A stretch of DNA of 64,000 nt from Ginglymostoma cirratum (taxonomy: Eukaryota), in the NCBI GenBank assembly GCA_024137785.1, contig JAHRHZ010000111.1, forward strand, positions 16,562,509 to 16,626,508, given 5' to 3'. Below are positions 50,351 through 60,420 of the stretch, piece by piece. The translations under genes and the position numbers were made by a program. Under the pieces are notes generated by a model. The model did no database searches and was not told the DNA's origin. It saw nothing but the letters and a program-made list of their open reading frames with translations. Numbering within the stretch: the first letter of the stretch is position 1; every line of letters begins with the position of its first letter.

Positions 50351-53339
50351 TCTTGGCATGTAACAGTCACTCATGCTGAATGGATGTTATTAATAACAAT
50401 GCAGAGCTGGAAAGCTGACCTCAAGTGTTTCAACTGTATAATTATTATATATATCATGTAATGAAGGCTAGCATGACATTGTAAAATGGATACAAAATCT
50501 TATTTAAAAGTTCTTGACGAATAATTTCAGCCAAAAAGCAGGCAGGCTGTCGTGTTAACACAGCATTCTTCACAAATTGCTTTACAATTTGATTATCCCT
50601 TGGACAATACAATGACTACTGTAAAGGTGTAAGAAATCAAGATTCTAACAGAACAGGAGGTTGGAAGGACACCACAGGAAATCCAATATAATTGATGTTG
50701 CTTTATGGTTCATCCAAGTTAACACAGTAGCCATTTTAAATTCTGACCCATGTAAGATCGGTTGTGAGACACCATTTTCGAAAAACGTCCCAGGAAACAT
50801 TCCGAGAGAGACTCTCAGAGTGAGTTCTCAGCCAAAGGGAGCATGAGGAGAAAGGCTTTAAGAAATCAACCACTTCCTTTGAAAGAGTCTGGACAATCTG
50901 CAATTGCTGTAATTACAGAAGTAATGAGAGGGCAAGCAACGTTCTTTTTGTCTCCTAATGCCTCCTCTAAAGACTGAGTCCACCGATATAAACTCACAGC
51001 ATCCAATTATTGGGCTACAGCAGTCATTGCAGGGCTGAGTTCTGACTCCAATGTTTCAAACCCTTTACTTTGGAAAAAGATTCTTTAACAAGTAAAAGGG
51101 TCTGAAATGAGAGGAGTAATCTTAATTTCAATGTTATAATGTAAATATATTTTATCCATACTGACTGTAAAGCTTTTTATCTAAATTTTAGCTAATAACA
51201 TACATTTTCAGTATAACATTTTTACCAAGCAACTTTCAGCAAGAATGTGTAGTAAACTAACCTTTTGATTTTTTTAAGACTAATACTCTGCTCCTGGTTA
51301 TTGTTGAATTGGAATCTCCAAAAAATTAAAAGGGAGCTAACTAGTTTATTTAAGTTCACAGTTCACGGATCAGTCTGGGACGTGCCTGGTGTGGTTATCA
51401 CATATGTCAAGAATAATTTCTGTTTTTGATCTCCTGCAGTAAATTCCAGGGTGACAGAGGAGTTGTCGAGAAAGGGAGTTGAAGAACCGGAAGAGGTGTA
51501 TGAATGAGCACTCTGGGTATGATCCAACTCAGAAAACGTCAGTTCAGCAGATTTAACTAGAACAACTCAAATGTAGCTATTCAAAAAAACTGACAATCTT
51601 TGAAATATTGTCCGGCATTTGTTCTGCCCTGCATGAATTTGGCTTTTACTCATAATACGAGTAAACTATGAGTAAATTAATGTGCTAGTTTATTCGATTA
51701 GGTCCTTTGCTGGTGTTCCTAGCGTTTATTGACTTTTTGACCCACTTGGCCCAAACTACCTGACCCAAAAACTGGTAAGATCCAAAATCTGGCATGGGTC
51801 TGGTACGAAGGTTGTCAGATTTGATACATTATATTTTTACAGCGTTAGAGAGTGCTATGTTGTCACACAATGACACAGAAATCACATTTTATTCAGATTA
51901 GGAATAATCCCTTCCCTTAGTGACTTCATTCCCTTAAATTTGGTTTTATTCTGCTTGGGCCTCCAAGATCCATGTGTGGTAGTGATTTCAGAAACCAAAA
52001 GTCAATACTGCAAACAGTGTCAGCATGGCAACTGGCACGTGGACCCTCGCAACAGCCGTACAGCTTAGAAGGAACACTGTTCTTTGAACAGACTCAAAGC
52101 TGAGCTACAGAGATGTTTTTTTGTCAGCCTGCATATCAAGGGATTTGAGGAGTGGGCAGAAAAGTAGATACAAAGCGAAAGATTGTCTATGATCATATTA
52201 AATAATGGATCAGGCTCAAGGGGCTTTTTGGGCTGGTCCTGCTCCTATTTCTTAAGTTCTTACTTCAAGCTCTGCTCTGCTGAACACAGATGCTAAGCCT
52301 CTGGCATCAGGGAAAAGAGATTTTTGGAATTATTGACAGGAAACGTGTGCTTCTGTTAAAATTTTCAGGTCAAGAGATTCGAGAAGTCTTTAAAAAAGTC
52401 TTAACAACCTTGTTCTGATAGACGATATACATTAAATACTTTACATTTAGCAGTTTTCTAGGCTATTGGTTTTTTGGGCAGATGCAAAGTACAGGCAAGA
52501 TTTCCTTTAGGATTCTGTGTGACCAGCTATAAATTGATTATGCACTTTCATCTGGTAGAACATAATGCGCTGACTCCTTCCATATAATCATATTTCCCAT
52601 TCTTTATTATATGCTTTCGGACTGCTTTTTAAGGAGCTTTCATAAACCTTCATCAGTCTTTCTGATGGTCGAGTGGTGTTTATAATTTATTTTGTGTCAA
52701 CAAAAATCAATGAGAGATGAGAGGAGCTCCAACACATACATCTTGTAAAAAACATTGCCTTTAACCCACACAGCATTGTAAACACATTGTTCAGATATCT
52801 TGAGAACTTTAATATTAGCAATTTACTTCAAACGTCCACATTTGAAGTCTTTGAAGCTTCTCTCCTGCTTGTTATCTATAACCATTTATACATTTTGCTG
52901 TTCATTTTCACAGCATTTAACAAAAAGGCTTTATTTTGTTACTGAGGGAGTCTGTTAAGTAGTTTTGAATAAAAACGTTAATAAAAATGTAATATTCATG
53001 GTGTTAAAAATTCATTATCTGAACCTACGCGGGATTACTAGTGTCAGAACTCAATGGCCAAAACTAACTATTCTTTCCTTCACCATTGCCAATGGGGGGG
53101 TGATCATCATTTTGATACAGTGTTAGAATAATAAAAGGTGGCTATTGGCCCAGTGTGCTGACTTCTTGAAAGAGTTATCCAATTCATCAACTTGCCTGTT
53201 CCCTTAAAATTCTGCATTTTTCTTTTTTTTTCAATTATATATCCAATTCACTTCTGAAGGTTATATTTAAAGTTGCTTGCACAAATTCATTAGTGTGTTC
53301 CAGATACCATAATTCACCTTGTACAAACAGTTTAGGAGC

Positions 53340-53445
53340 AAATTACTCCAGATGCTGGAATATGCACTGAAGACAGAAAAATGTGGGCAATCACAATGGG
53401 TCAGGCAGCATACGTGGAGAGAGAGAAAGCTAACATTTCAAGGAC
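53340..53445 (-). mobile_element. Family-B Penelope-LTR-like fragment
   Basis: CAGATGCTGGAA...GGTCAGGCAGCATACGTGGAGAGAGAGAAAGCTAACATTTCAAGG shares motifs with family A and with 14145-14260. Confidence 0.6.
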
Positions 53446-53479
53446 AAATGGTTCTCAAATTCTTATAGAAATCCTTATA

Positions 53480-54230
53480 GATTACTGGGTCTGTTAGTAG
53501 CAGAAACAATTTCTCCTGAGTTGATACAGTTTGGTAAGAGGAATAGGAGGCCATCTCCTCATTGTAAAGTAAAGGTATAAATGAAGAAGAGGTGCAAAGA
53601 GATCTAAAGGTATGGGTACCCAAATCATTATTAGTAAAACAAATTAACAATGTGCAAAGAAAAAGTTAATTTTCTAAAGCAGTGAAACATAGAGAAATTA
53701 CATTAAATGAGTATCTTAGCAAGCCCATACTTGAGTGCAGTTCTGGTCTCCATATTACAAAGAAATATCAAAGTTGTGGACAAACTACAAAAATATTTAC
53801 AAGTCTAATACCAAATTGAGACGGTACCAGTCAAGACGGAAGAGGTTGGATGTTTTTGTTTTCAAAAACATAGAGAGATTACCTGATAGAGATTTTTAAA
53901 ATTATGATTAGGTTTGATTTGGTGGACACAGAGAAGATGTTACCACTTGTGCGAGTGTTCAACACTAAAGATCCCAAATAGAAGATTATCTCCAATACAT
54001 CCAGGGGAATTATCTTTATTCTGAGAATATAGAATACCTGACCACACAGGCTAGTTGAGGGGAATAACATGAAAACATGTAAGGGGAAGCTGGGTGACAT
54101 AAGAGAAGGGAGTGCAAGTTTACCTTGATGTAGCTCATGAAGTAAATAATGGGAGAAGGCTCATGTGGAAGATAATCCTGAGCATTGATGTGTTGGGCTA
54201 AATGGTATGTTCCTATGCGTTAAATTGTGC
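53480..54230 (+). mobile_element. Decayed CR1 3' portion
   Basis: CCCATACTTGAGTGCAGTTCTGGTCTCCATATTAC and DLIEIFKIM-like sequence at ~53880, followed by a CR1 UTR. Confidence 0.65.
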
Positions 54231-54910
54231 ATAATTTTATTATATTGGACACGTTCTAAAAGTTGTGCAGCTGTATTAAATTCCACCTCCATCCCTTTAC
54301 TCTGATTTAAGGAGAACAATCCCAGCATCCCTTGTCCTTCCACAGCACAGAGGTATCTCACTGATATCGTTGATGCAGTTCAAACAATTCTCTTCAAACG
54401 TGTGTTCTGCTGTCAAACACCATTGTTTCACAGCCCAGGTATTTAAGGTTCTCTACCTCTTGCACACGGTGAATACTGAGATGTGTATAGCTGTGTAAGC
54501 TTATGCTTAACCAATATTGTTTAGAAGGGGCTGGGTATAGGATATTCACACAAAATCTGAAATGCATTCTGCCTGTCTTGCATGATTGGAATGCTGCAGC
54601 TGTATTCCACACACATTCACACTCATTACCACATCAAATGTTGATATCTTGGCTGGATTAAGCAGACAAAGACCTGGTTGCAATTCAAATCCTGGGCCCA
54701 ATACTGGCTGACATCAGTACTAAGTGCTGATATTGCCATATGTTGCATATGGGATTGTCACAAAAAGAGTCCCAGGGAAAGAGAACATTTCAGATCATAG
54801 AAAAAACACACAATACAGAAGAGGCCCTTCAGCCTATCGAGCCTGCAGGGACAAAAAAAAACTCTAAACCTAAACTATTCCCACTTAACTGCACTTGGCC
54901 ACTAGCCATT

Positions 54911-55188
54911 TCACAGAATCCCTACAGTGTGGAAACAGGCCCTTCGGCCCAACGAGTCCACACTGAACCTCAGAGCATCCCACCCAACCTACACTGCCCT
55001 GAACACTACTGGCAATTGAGCATGGCCAATCCACCCAACCTGTACATCTTTGGACTGTGGGAGGAAACCCACACAGACACAGGGAGAATGTGCAAACTCC
55101 ACACAGACAGACGCCCGAGGCTGGAATCAAACCCAGGTCCCTGGCACTGTGAGGCAGCAGTGCTAACCACTGAGCCACCGTGCTGCCC
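54911..55188 (-). mobile_element. HE1-type V-SINE inserted in a CR1 tail (54795-55310)
   Basis: Head GGGCAGCACGGTGGCTCAGTGGTTAGCACTGCTGCCTCACAG, V-core and tail present. CR1 UTR sequence continues on both sides. Confidence 0.92.
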
Positions 55189-57788
55189 ATGAATACTATG
55201 ACACTTCATGTGCTCATCCAAATACTTTTTAAAGGTTGTGACACTTCCCACCTCAATTAGTCTCCCAGGTAGTGCATTCCAGATTCCTGCCAGTCTCCAG
55301 GTGAAAAAACTGGGGTTAGAGAATTCGGCAATAAGCTCCAGAATAAAACCTGCGACTTTCCCTGCTCTGGGTCTCCCTCCCCCAACTCCAGTCAGCTTGG
55401 ACACAATCATGTGACCCATTACAATTCTCTCCCTACCCTTCCCCTTATGCCACACCTGGCATTTATGATAGTAGTTGAGGTCATTCTTGAGGCAAAGCCT
55501 CATTTTCATCCTTATACTTTTTTCTCATTCCCAGATGGGAACGTGTCTTACAGGGTACGACTAAGCTAGGGAGTTAAATTTCCGTCAGCCTAATGCTGAC
55601 ACTTTCAGGTACCTTTTCCATTCACCCTGCTACCCTTATCCCACTCACACTGAGTTGGGTCTTAACCCCCTTAATTACAGAAACTTTTTGTTTAGCATTT
55701 GGTGAACAAGTCCTATCTTCACATGGTAGAGTTTCATATTGTGCTGAATTTTATAGTTTAATTGAAGCATTATTGTCACGTGTACTCAAATACAGAAGTG
55801 CAGGAGTTCAGTGAAAAGTGCATAATGTCGCCATACACATAATGTTACTGAGCTGAAAGATTCCACGTATCATTGCCCTAATGAATTCTTCTACCTTTTA
55901 GATTCACACTATTTTTTACTTTTAGCATCTAAATGAGAGTTATCCTTAAACATTCCTCATTGTTTTAAATTCAAGCTTTGATCATAATCGCCTCCTTTAA
56001 CTCACTGAAACTGAATACAAACCCTCTTCTTTATTGTATCATTAACATTTTTATTCCACTTCATTTCCTAAAAGAAATGAAATCTCAGGATTCCCTATTG
56101 CACTCATTGACTATTCTGTTAGTAGCCTGTGCATTTTCTATCAGATCGAACATTGCTGTGATGGTTATACAGTATCTTTAGTAATGTTCCTTTTTTTTGT
56201 ACTCAGGGAGGCTATTTTCAGCATGTTGTAATCAAGATGATCTGATTACTGGCCATTTCTGATTCTCTCTTCCCAAAATCGGATCAGAGCTGTCAAATGA
56301 AATACGTTGTTTTTCCAGGCTGCTGGAATTGGGAAAAAAAATCCTCAAGCTTAATTTTCATTTACTTACGCTGTTCTGTCTCTCCCAATTGCAATGAGAA
56401 AAATATTCAGCGATCTTACACTTGCACGCGATTGTTCTTCAAACCTTGTTAAAAGGTTTGCCTCACTCTATAATTCTGTACAACATTTCTGTTTACCCTA
56501 TTTGTCATGAAACAAACTGTATTTTGACAAATGCCTCAAAGCAAGGCAGTTGAATTTACTTTTGTTCAGGCTTTTTTTTTCAAGTATTTTTCAGTATGTT
56601 TGGGTTGACATTGTATTGTTTACAAACTTATACTAAATTCAAAATAGGCTATGATAATATTGATCATTAAAGTTACAGTTGCTGGGCAAATTAATAAGGA
56701 GTTTGTTAGCAGAAAAAATAGATTATCATTAGAGTTTGAAGATTGTTATGGAGGCATAGTGGGTGGAGACTTGGTAAATTTTATCCTTACCTGAATGGGA
56801 ACAGATAATCATCCCCTTTGAAACTATTGATTACACATTCAACACAAATCTTAGAATAGTGATCCATACTATATTTTAAAAAATCACCCTGCGATTGATT
56901 TGCCAATCTAAAACACAGGGCTGTGATCATCCATCTGACAGGTAACTGATTCCAGAATTCATTTCAACATCAGAAATCCATCAAGCAACTCACATCTGTA
57001 TGATAACATTCTTATTCCAGTGAAACAGATCATTCTCTCACTTACCATGAGAACATCAAGAGAAAATTCATTAGTGAATATGGGAGAAGAATTCTTAAGC
57101 AGTAACTTAGAAGGAAAGAAAGCGACTTGCATTTTTGTGGTAATTTTCATCATCACCAAGCATCTCATTGCGTTTTTACTCAAAGAGGTAATATATTTTG
57201 AAGTGCAGTCAGTGTTGTAATGTAGGAGATGTGGCAGCCGATTTGTGCAGAGCAAACGCACACAAATGGCAATGAATTACTGAATACAGTGATATGCTGT
57301 CATGTGTGATTTTTCAGCAATGCTCAAGCTCTGTGCAAACGAGAAACAGCACTGAAATAAATAAAAGCAAAGTAGTGAAGATACTGGAAACCCGAAATAA
57401 AAGTAGAAAGTGCTGGAGAAACTCTGGCACATTTGTGGAGAGTGAAATAAAATTAATATTTTATGTCTGTTATGATTTGTTTTGGGGCCCACAATGATAA
57501 TTAGATAATCTGTTCTTATGATTTTGATTGAGTGATAAATATTGGCTGTTGCCCTTGGGATAGCTCCCAAGCTGTTCAACACATGCTGACCTTTTATATC
57601 CACCTAGGACTGGGCCTTAGTTTAACATCTCTTTTCGAAAACACAAAAGGAGGCTGGTGGCATAGTGGTGATGTCACTGAATTAGTAACCTGGAGGCCCA
57701 GGATAATGTCTTTGGGGCATAACACCACCTGTTAACAAATGTCCTTAAAGGAAATCTGCTGTCCTTACCCGGTCTGATCTATATTTGA

Positions 57789-57913
57789 GATAGTAGGAAC
57801 TGCCGATGCTGGAGTCTGAGATAACCAGGTGTGGAGCTGGATGAACACAGCAGACCAGGCAGCATCAGAGGGGCAGGAAAGCTGACCTTTCGGGTCTGGA
57901 CCCTTCTTCAGAC
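57789..57913 (-). mobile_element. Family-A short insert with 10-bp TSD
   Basis: CTATATTTGA at 57779-57788 and 57914-57923. Body homologous to 4686-4813. Confidence 0.85.
57883..57912 (-). ncRNA. Minimal hammerhead ribozyme motif at the family-A terminus
   Basis: Minus-strand RNA: U-CUGAAGA-A-GGGUC-CA-GACCC-GAAA-G-GUC-A. Core and helix II intact; helix III palindrome mutated (AGGU); helix I mostly lost at the insertion boundary. Confidence 0.55.
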
Positions 57914-59039
57914 CTATATTTGATCCCAGCCCCAGTGTGATGACTCTTAATTCTTCCTCTTAAAGAGCTGAACGAAATACTTGGTTCACAAGAGCAATCA
58001 GGGACAGACAGCATATGCTGGTCTTGTCAGGGATACATCCCGTGCAAGAATAAAACCAAAAGTAACTTCCTCAGTGCTGCACTGGAGGTCTCGGCCTTGA
58101 ATTGTTTTTTTGCTCAACTCCTTGAGTGTGTTTCTTGTGATGCAGAGACCAACTAATTCATAGCCAGCATTTAAGCTGAACTGAATGGGTGCTACTTGAA
58201 CACATTTTCCCCCAAGCCTGTCTCAGCGAAAATCTTGAATCATTGAGGGAGCTTGCGGTTTCTTGACCTGCTCACAGACATCACTGGTCTCTGGTTGAGG
58301 GTGCCAGACAGGATAATATGCCAGATTCAATCCAACGACTACAAAAGTTTGACAATTGGTTGACAATTGCCATCGAAGTAAATGGCAACATACTTCAACA
58401 TCTATGAGACCACAAGCAGAAGTCGGCCATTTGACCCATTTTGTTTGCTCCACCATTTGCCTTTGCTGCAAAATGCACATCATTGCTCGTCTCAGATCAT
58501 TCATTAACAAAAATGTGGAGCATCTAGTTGTTTTATATCTTATCATGACATTTTAGAAAGTAATGTGCTATTTTATAATTCAGTGCATTAAAAAAGGGAA
58601 TAGCTTGAATAATTGCACAAGTTATATCATCAATAACCCTATTTACGTAAGAGTTCTGCTATTTAGTTTTTCAAAGGCAACTTTGTTATCTTGTATTAAT
58701 CTGTTAAATTGGCTTGATTATTTGAAGTGGCGGATGTCAGTTGACATAAGGGTGGTTTTGCAATACGGCTTTCTGGTATTTATGTTTACCAACATTAAGA
58801 TCACACAGCTACACATAATGAATGCATAACCAATTCATTATTAACTAAGTCCTTTAAAAAAGGAAATATCTGATTAAATCCAACATTGAATGCTACAGAT
58901 ATAAACAGGTATGTTTTCAAAATAATATGTTAGTTTTTGTAATTATGTCTTACTTGCAAGAGAACCAGTAATTATTTTCAATGCTGTGCTGTACTAATTT
59001 TGGTTCCCAATGTCAATAACATGGATTCAAGGCATGACT

Positions 59040-59402
59040 CAAAGATCCAAACCCAACATCTAGACTGATACTCATGGAATCTGTGAGGGATGCCATCTTT
59101 TGGATGAGATATTAAGCCCAGTGTGCACTCTTATGTAGACGTAAAAAGGCCAATGGCATTATATGAAAGAATAGAAAGGGAGTTATCACTGAGAGGGCTT
59201 AGCTGATATTCATACCTTGACTAATATAACTGAAGACAGATTATCTGTTCATTATGACATTGATATTTTGTGGGATTATGCTGTTCACAAAATGGTTGTC
59301 ATGTCTTGTACATTATAACCACATTGCACTTGAAAACCTCTTCCTTGTATGTAAAGTGTACTGTGAAAGGCTCTCTATAAAAACAAATCTGTCTTTCTTT
59401 CT
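59040..59402 (+). mobile_element. Deu-domain SINE (SacSINE1/AmnSINE-like), best copy in window
   Basis: TGCCATCTTTTGGATGAGATATTAAG...GACGTAAAAAGGCCAATGGCATTAT...ACAGATTATCTGTTCATTATGACATTG...GTGAAAGGCTCTCTATAAAAACAAATCTGTCTTTCTTT. Confidence 0.7.
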
Positions 59403-60027
59403 GCAACAGAAAGCTGGTTTAATCCGATTATGGACTTAACTAATATACAAAGGTTTACATATAGTGATCGCTTGAACATAATAACTTACATAATGACCTT
59501 GGATGTTTGTCTGTTCTATGCTGTTATATTAAAACATTGTTACAGATTTTGAACAACTTGATTAATTGGGGATGAAGCACAGATTAATATTCTGATGACT
59601 TGGTAGACGGCCTTGGAGAGTTGGGGAAGAATTGCATCACACTTTATCCCATTAGAATTTTTACTTGTGATTAATTATCAAACTCAGGTCATTGAACTGT
59701 GGATTTAATCCAAAATTAAGTTATTTTGCTTAATGCATGGAACTAACATAATTGCAGATAAATTTTTTTTCTGGCTTCACAGGGAAAATTTTAGCTTTCG
59801 TTATGTTTATGTGTGAACAACACTCTATGGGTGGAGCACATTGATGGGTAGCAGGGCCTTGGAAAGAATCATATGTATCTAATGGAATCTACTCAGTTTT
59901 CTGATCATTTGAACTAATGGGTGGAAAATCAATGGGTTTTGCTACAATCATATTATGTTGCATGATTTATACTCCTCCTGTTGCAATTGCTGAAGCAATC
60001 CTGTTATTCCAAGTTTAACTTGAGGAC

Positions 60028-60420
60028 AGAGATGATAAGAACTGCAGATGCTGGAGTCAACGATAACACAGTGGGTGGCATGGTGGCTCAGTGGTTAGCA
60101 CTGCTGCCTCACAGTGCCAGGAACCTGGGTTCAATTCCACCCTTGGGTGACTATCTGTGTGGAGTTTGCACATTCTCCCCATGTCTGTGTGGGTTTCCTC
60201 CAGGTGCCCTGGTTTCCTCCCACAGTCCAAAGATGTGCAGGTTAGGAAGATGGGCCATGCTAAATTGCACATCCACGCCCAGGGATGTGTAGCTTAGGTT
60301 GGTTATAAGGGGATGGGTCTGGGTGGGATGCTTCAAGAGTCAGTGTGGACTTGTTGGGCCAAAGGGCCTGTTTCCACACTGTAGAGATTCTATTCTATGA
60401 TAATGGAGCTGGAGGAACAG
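60028..60420 (-). mobile_element. Family-A copy split by an HE1 SINE
   Basis: Left part GAGATGATAAGAACTGCAGATGCTGGAGTCAACGATAACACAGTG ends at ~60073. It continues as TGGAGCTGGAGGAACA at 60404-60419. Confidence 0.7.
60073..60401 (+). mobile_element. HE1-type V-SINE, full length
   Basis: A box TGGCTCAGTGG, B box GGTTCAATTCC, V-core, tail GGGCCTGTTTCCACACTGTAGAGATTCTATTCTATGA. Confidence 0.93.

Larger units (their letters stand above)
57652..58035 (+). mobile_element. tRNA-derived SINE with tail shared with the 37850-38305 LINE family
   Basis: Head GGTGGCATAGTGGTGATGTCACTGAATTAGTAACCTGGAGG. Tail GAGCAATCAGGGACAGACAGCATATGCTGGTCTTGTCAG...CATCCCGTGCAAGAATAAAA. Confidence 0.7.
57115..58170 (-). 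mobile_element. Deu-domain SINE split by nested insertions
   Basis: Tail at 57115-57290, core at 57480-57640, 5' part at 58040-58170 (CCTCAGTGCTGCACTGGAGG). Reverse-complement match to 59040-59402. Confidence 0.7.

Noticed and set aside
54740-55509. 150-aa and 167-aa ORFs (also the ORF clusters at 36549-36888, 45961-46219 and 59981-60336)
   Set aside because: They are read-throughs of GC-rich HE1 SINE and CR1 UTR sequence. The same pseudo-peptides recur at each SINE copy.
60073-60145. tRNA-like A/B boxes (also at 36760-36834, 55115-55188 and 25408-25610)
   Set aside because: These are SINE heads continuing into SINE bodies. No convincing cloverleaf or acceptor stem was seen.
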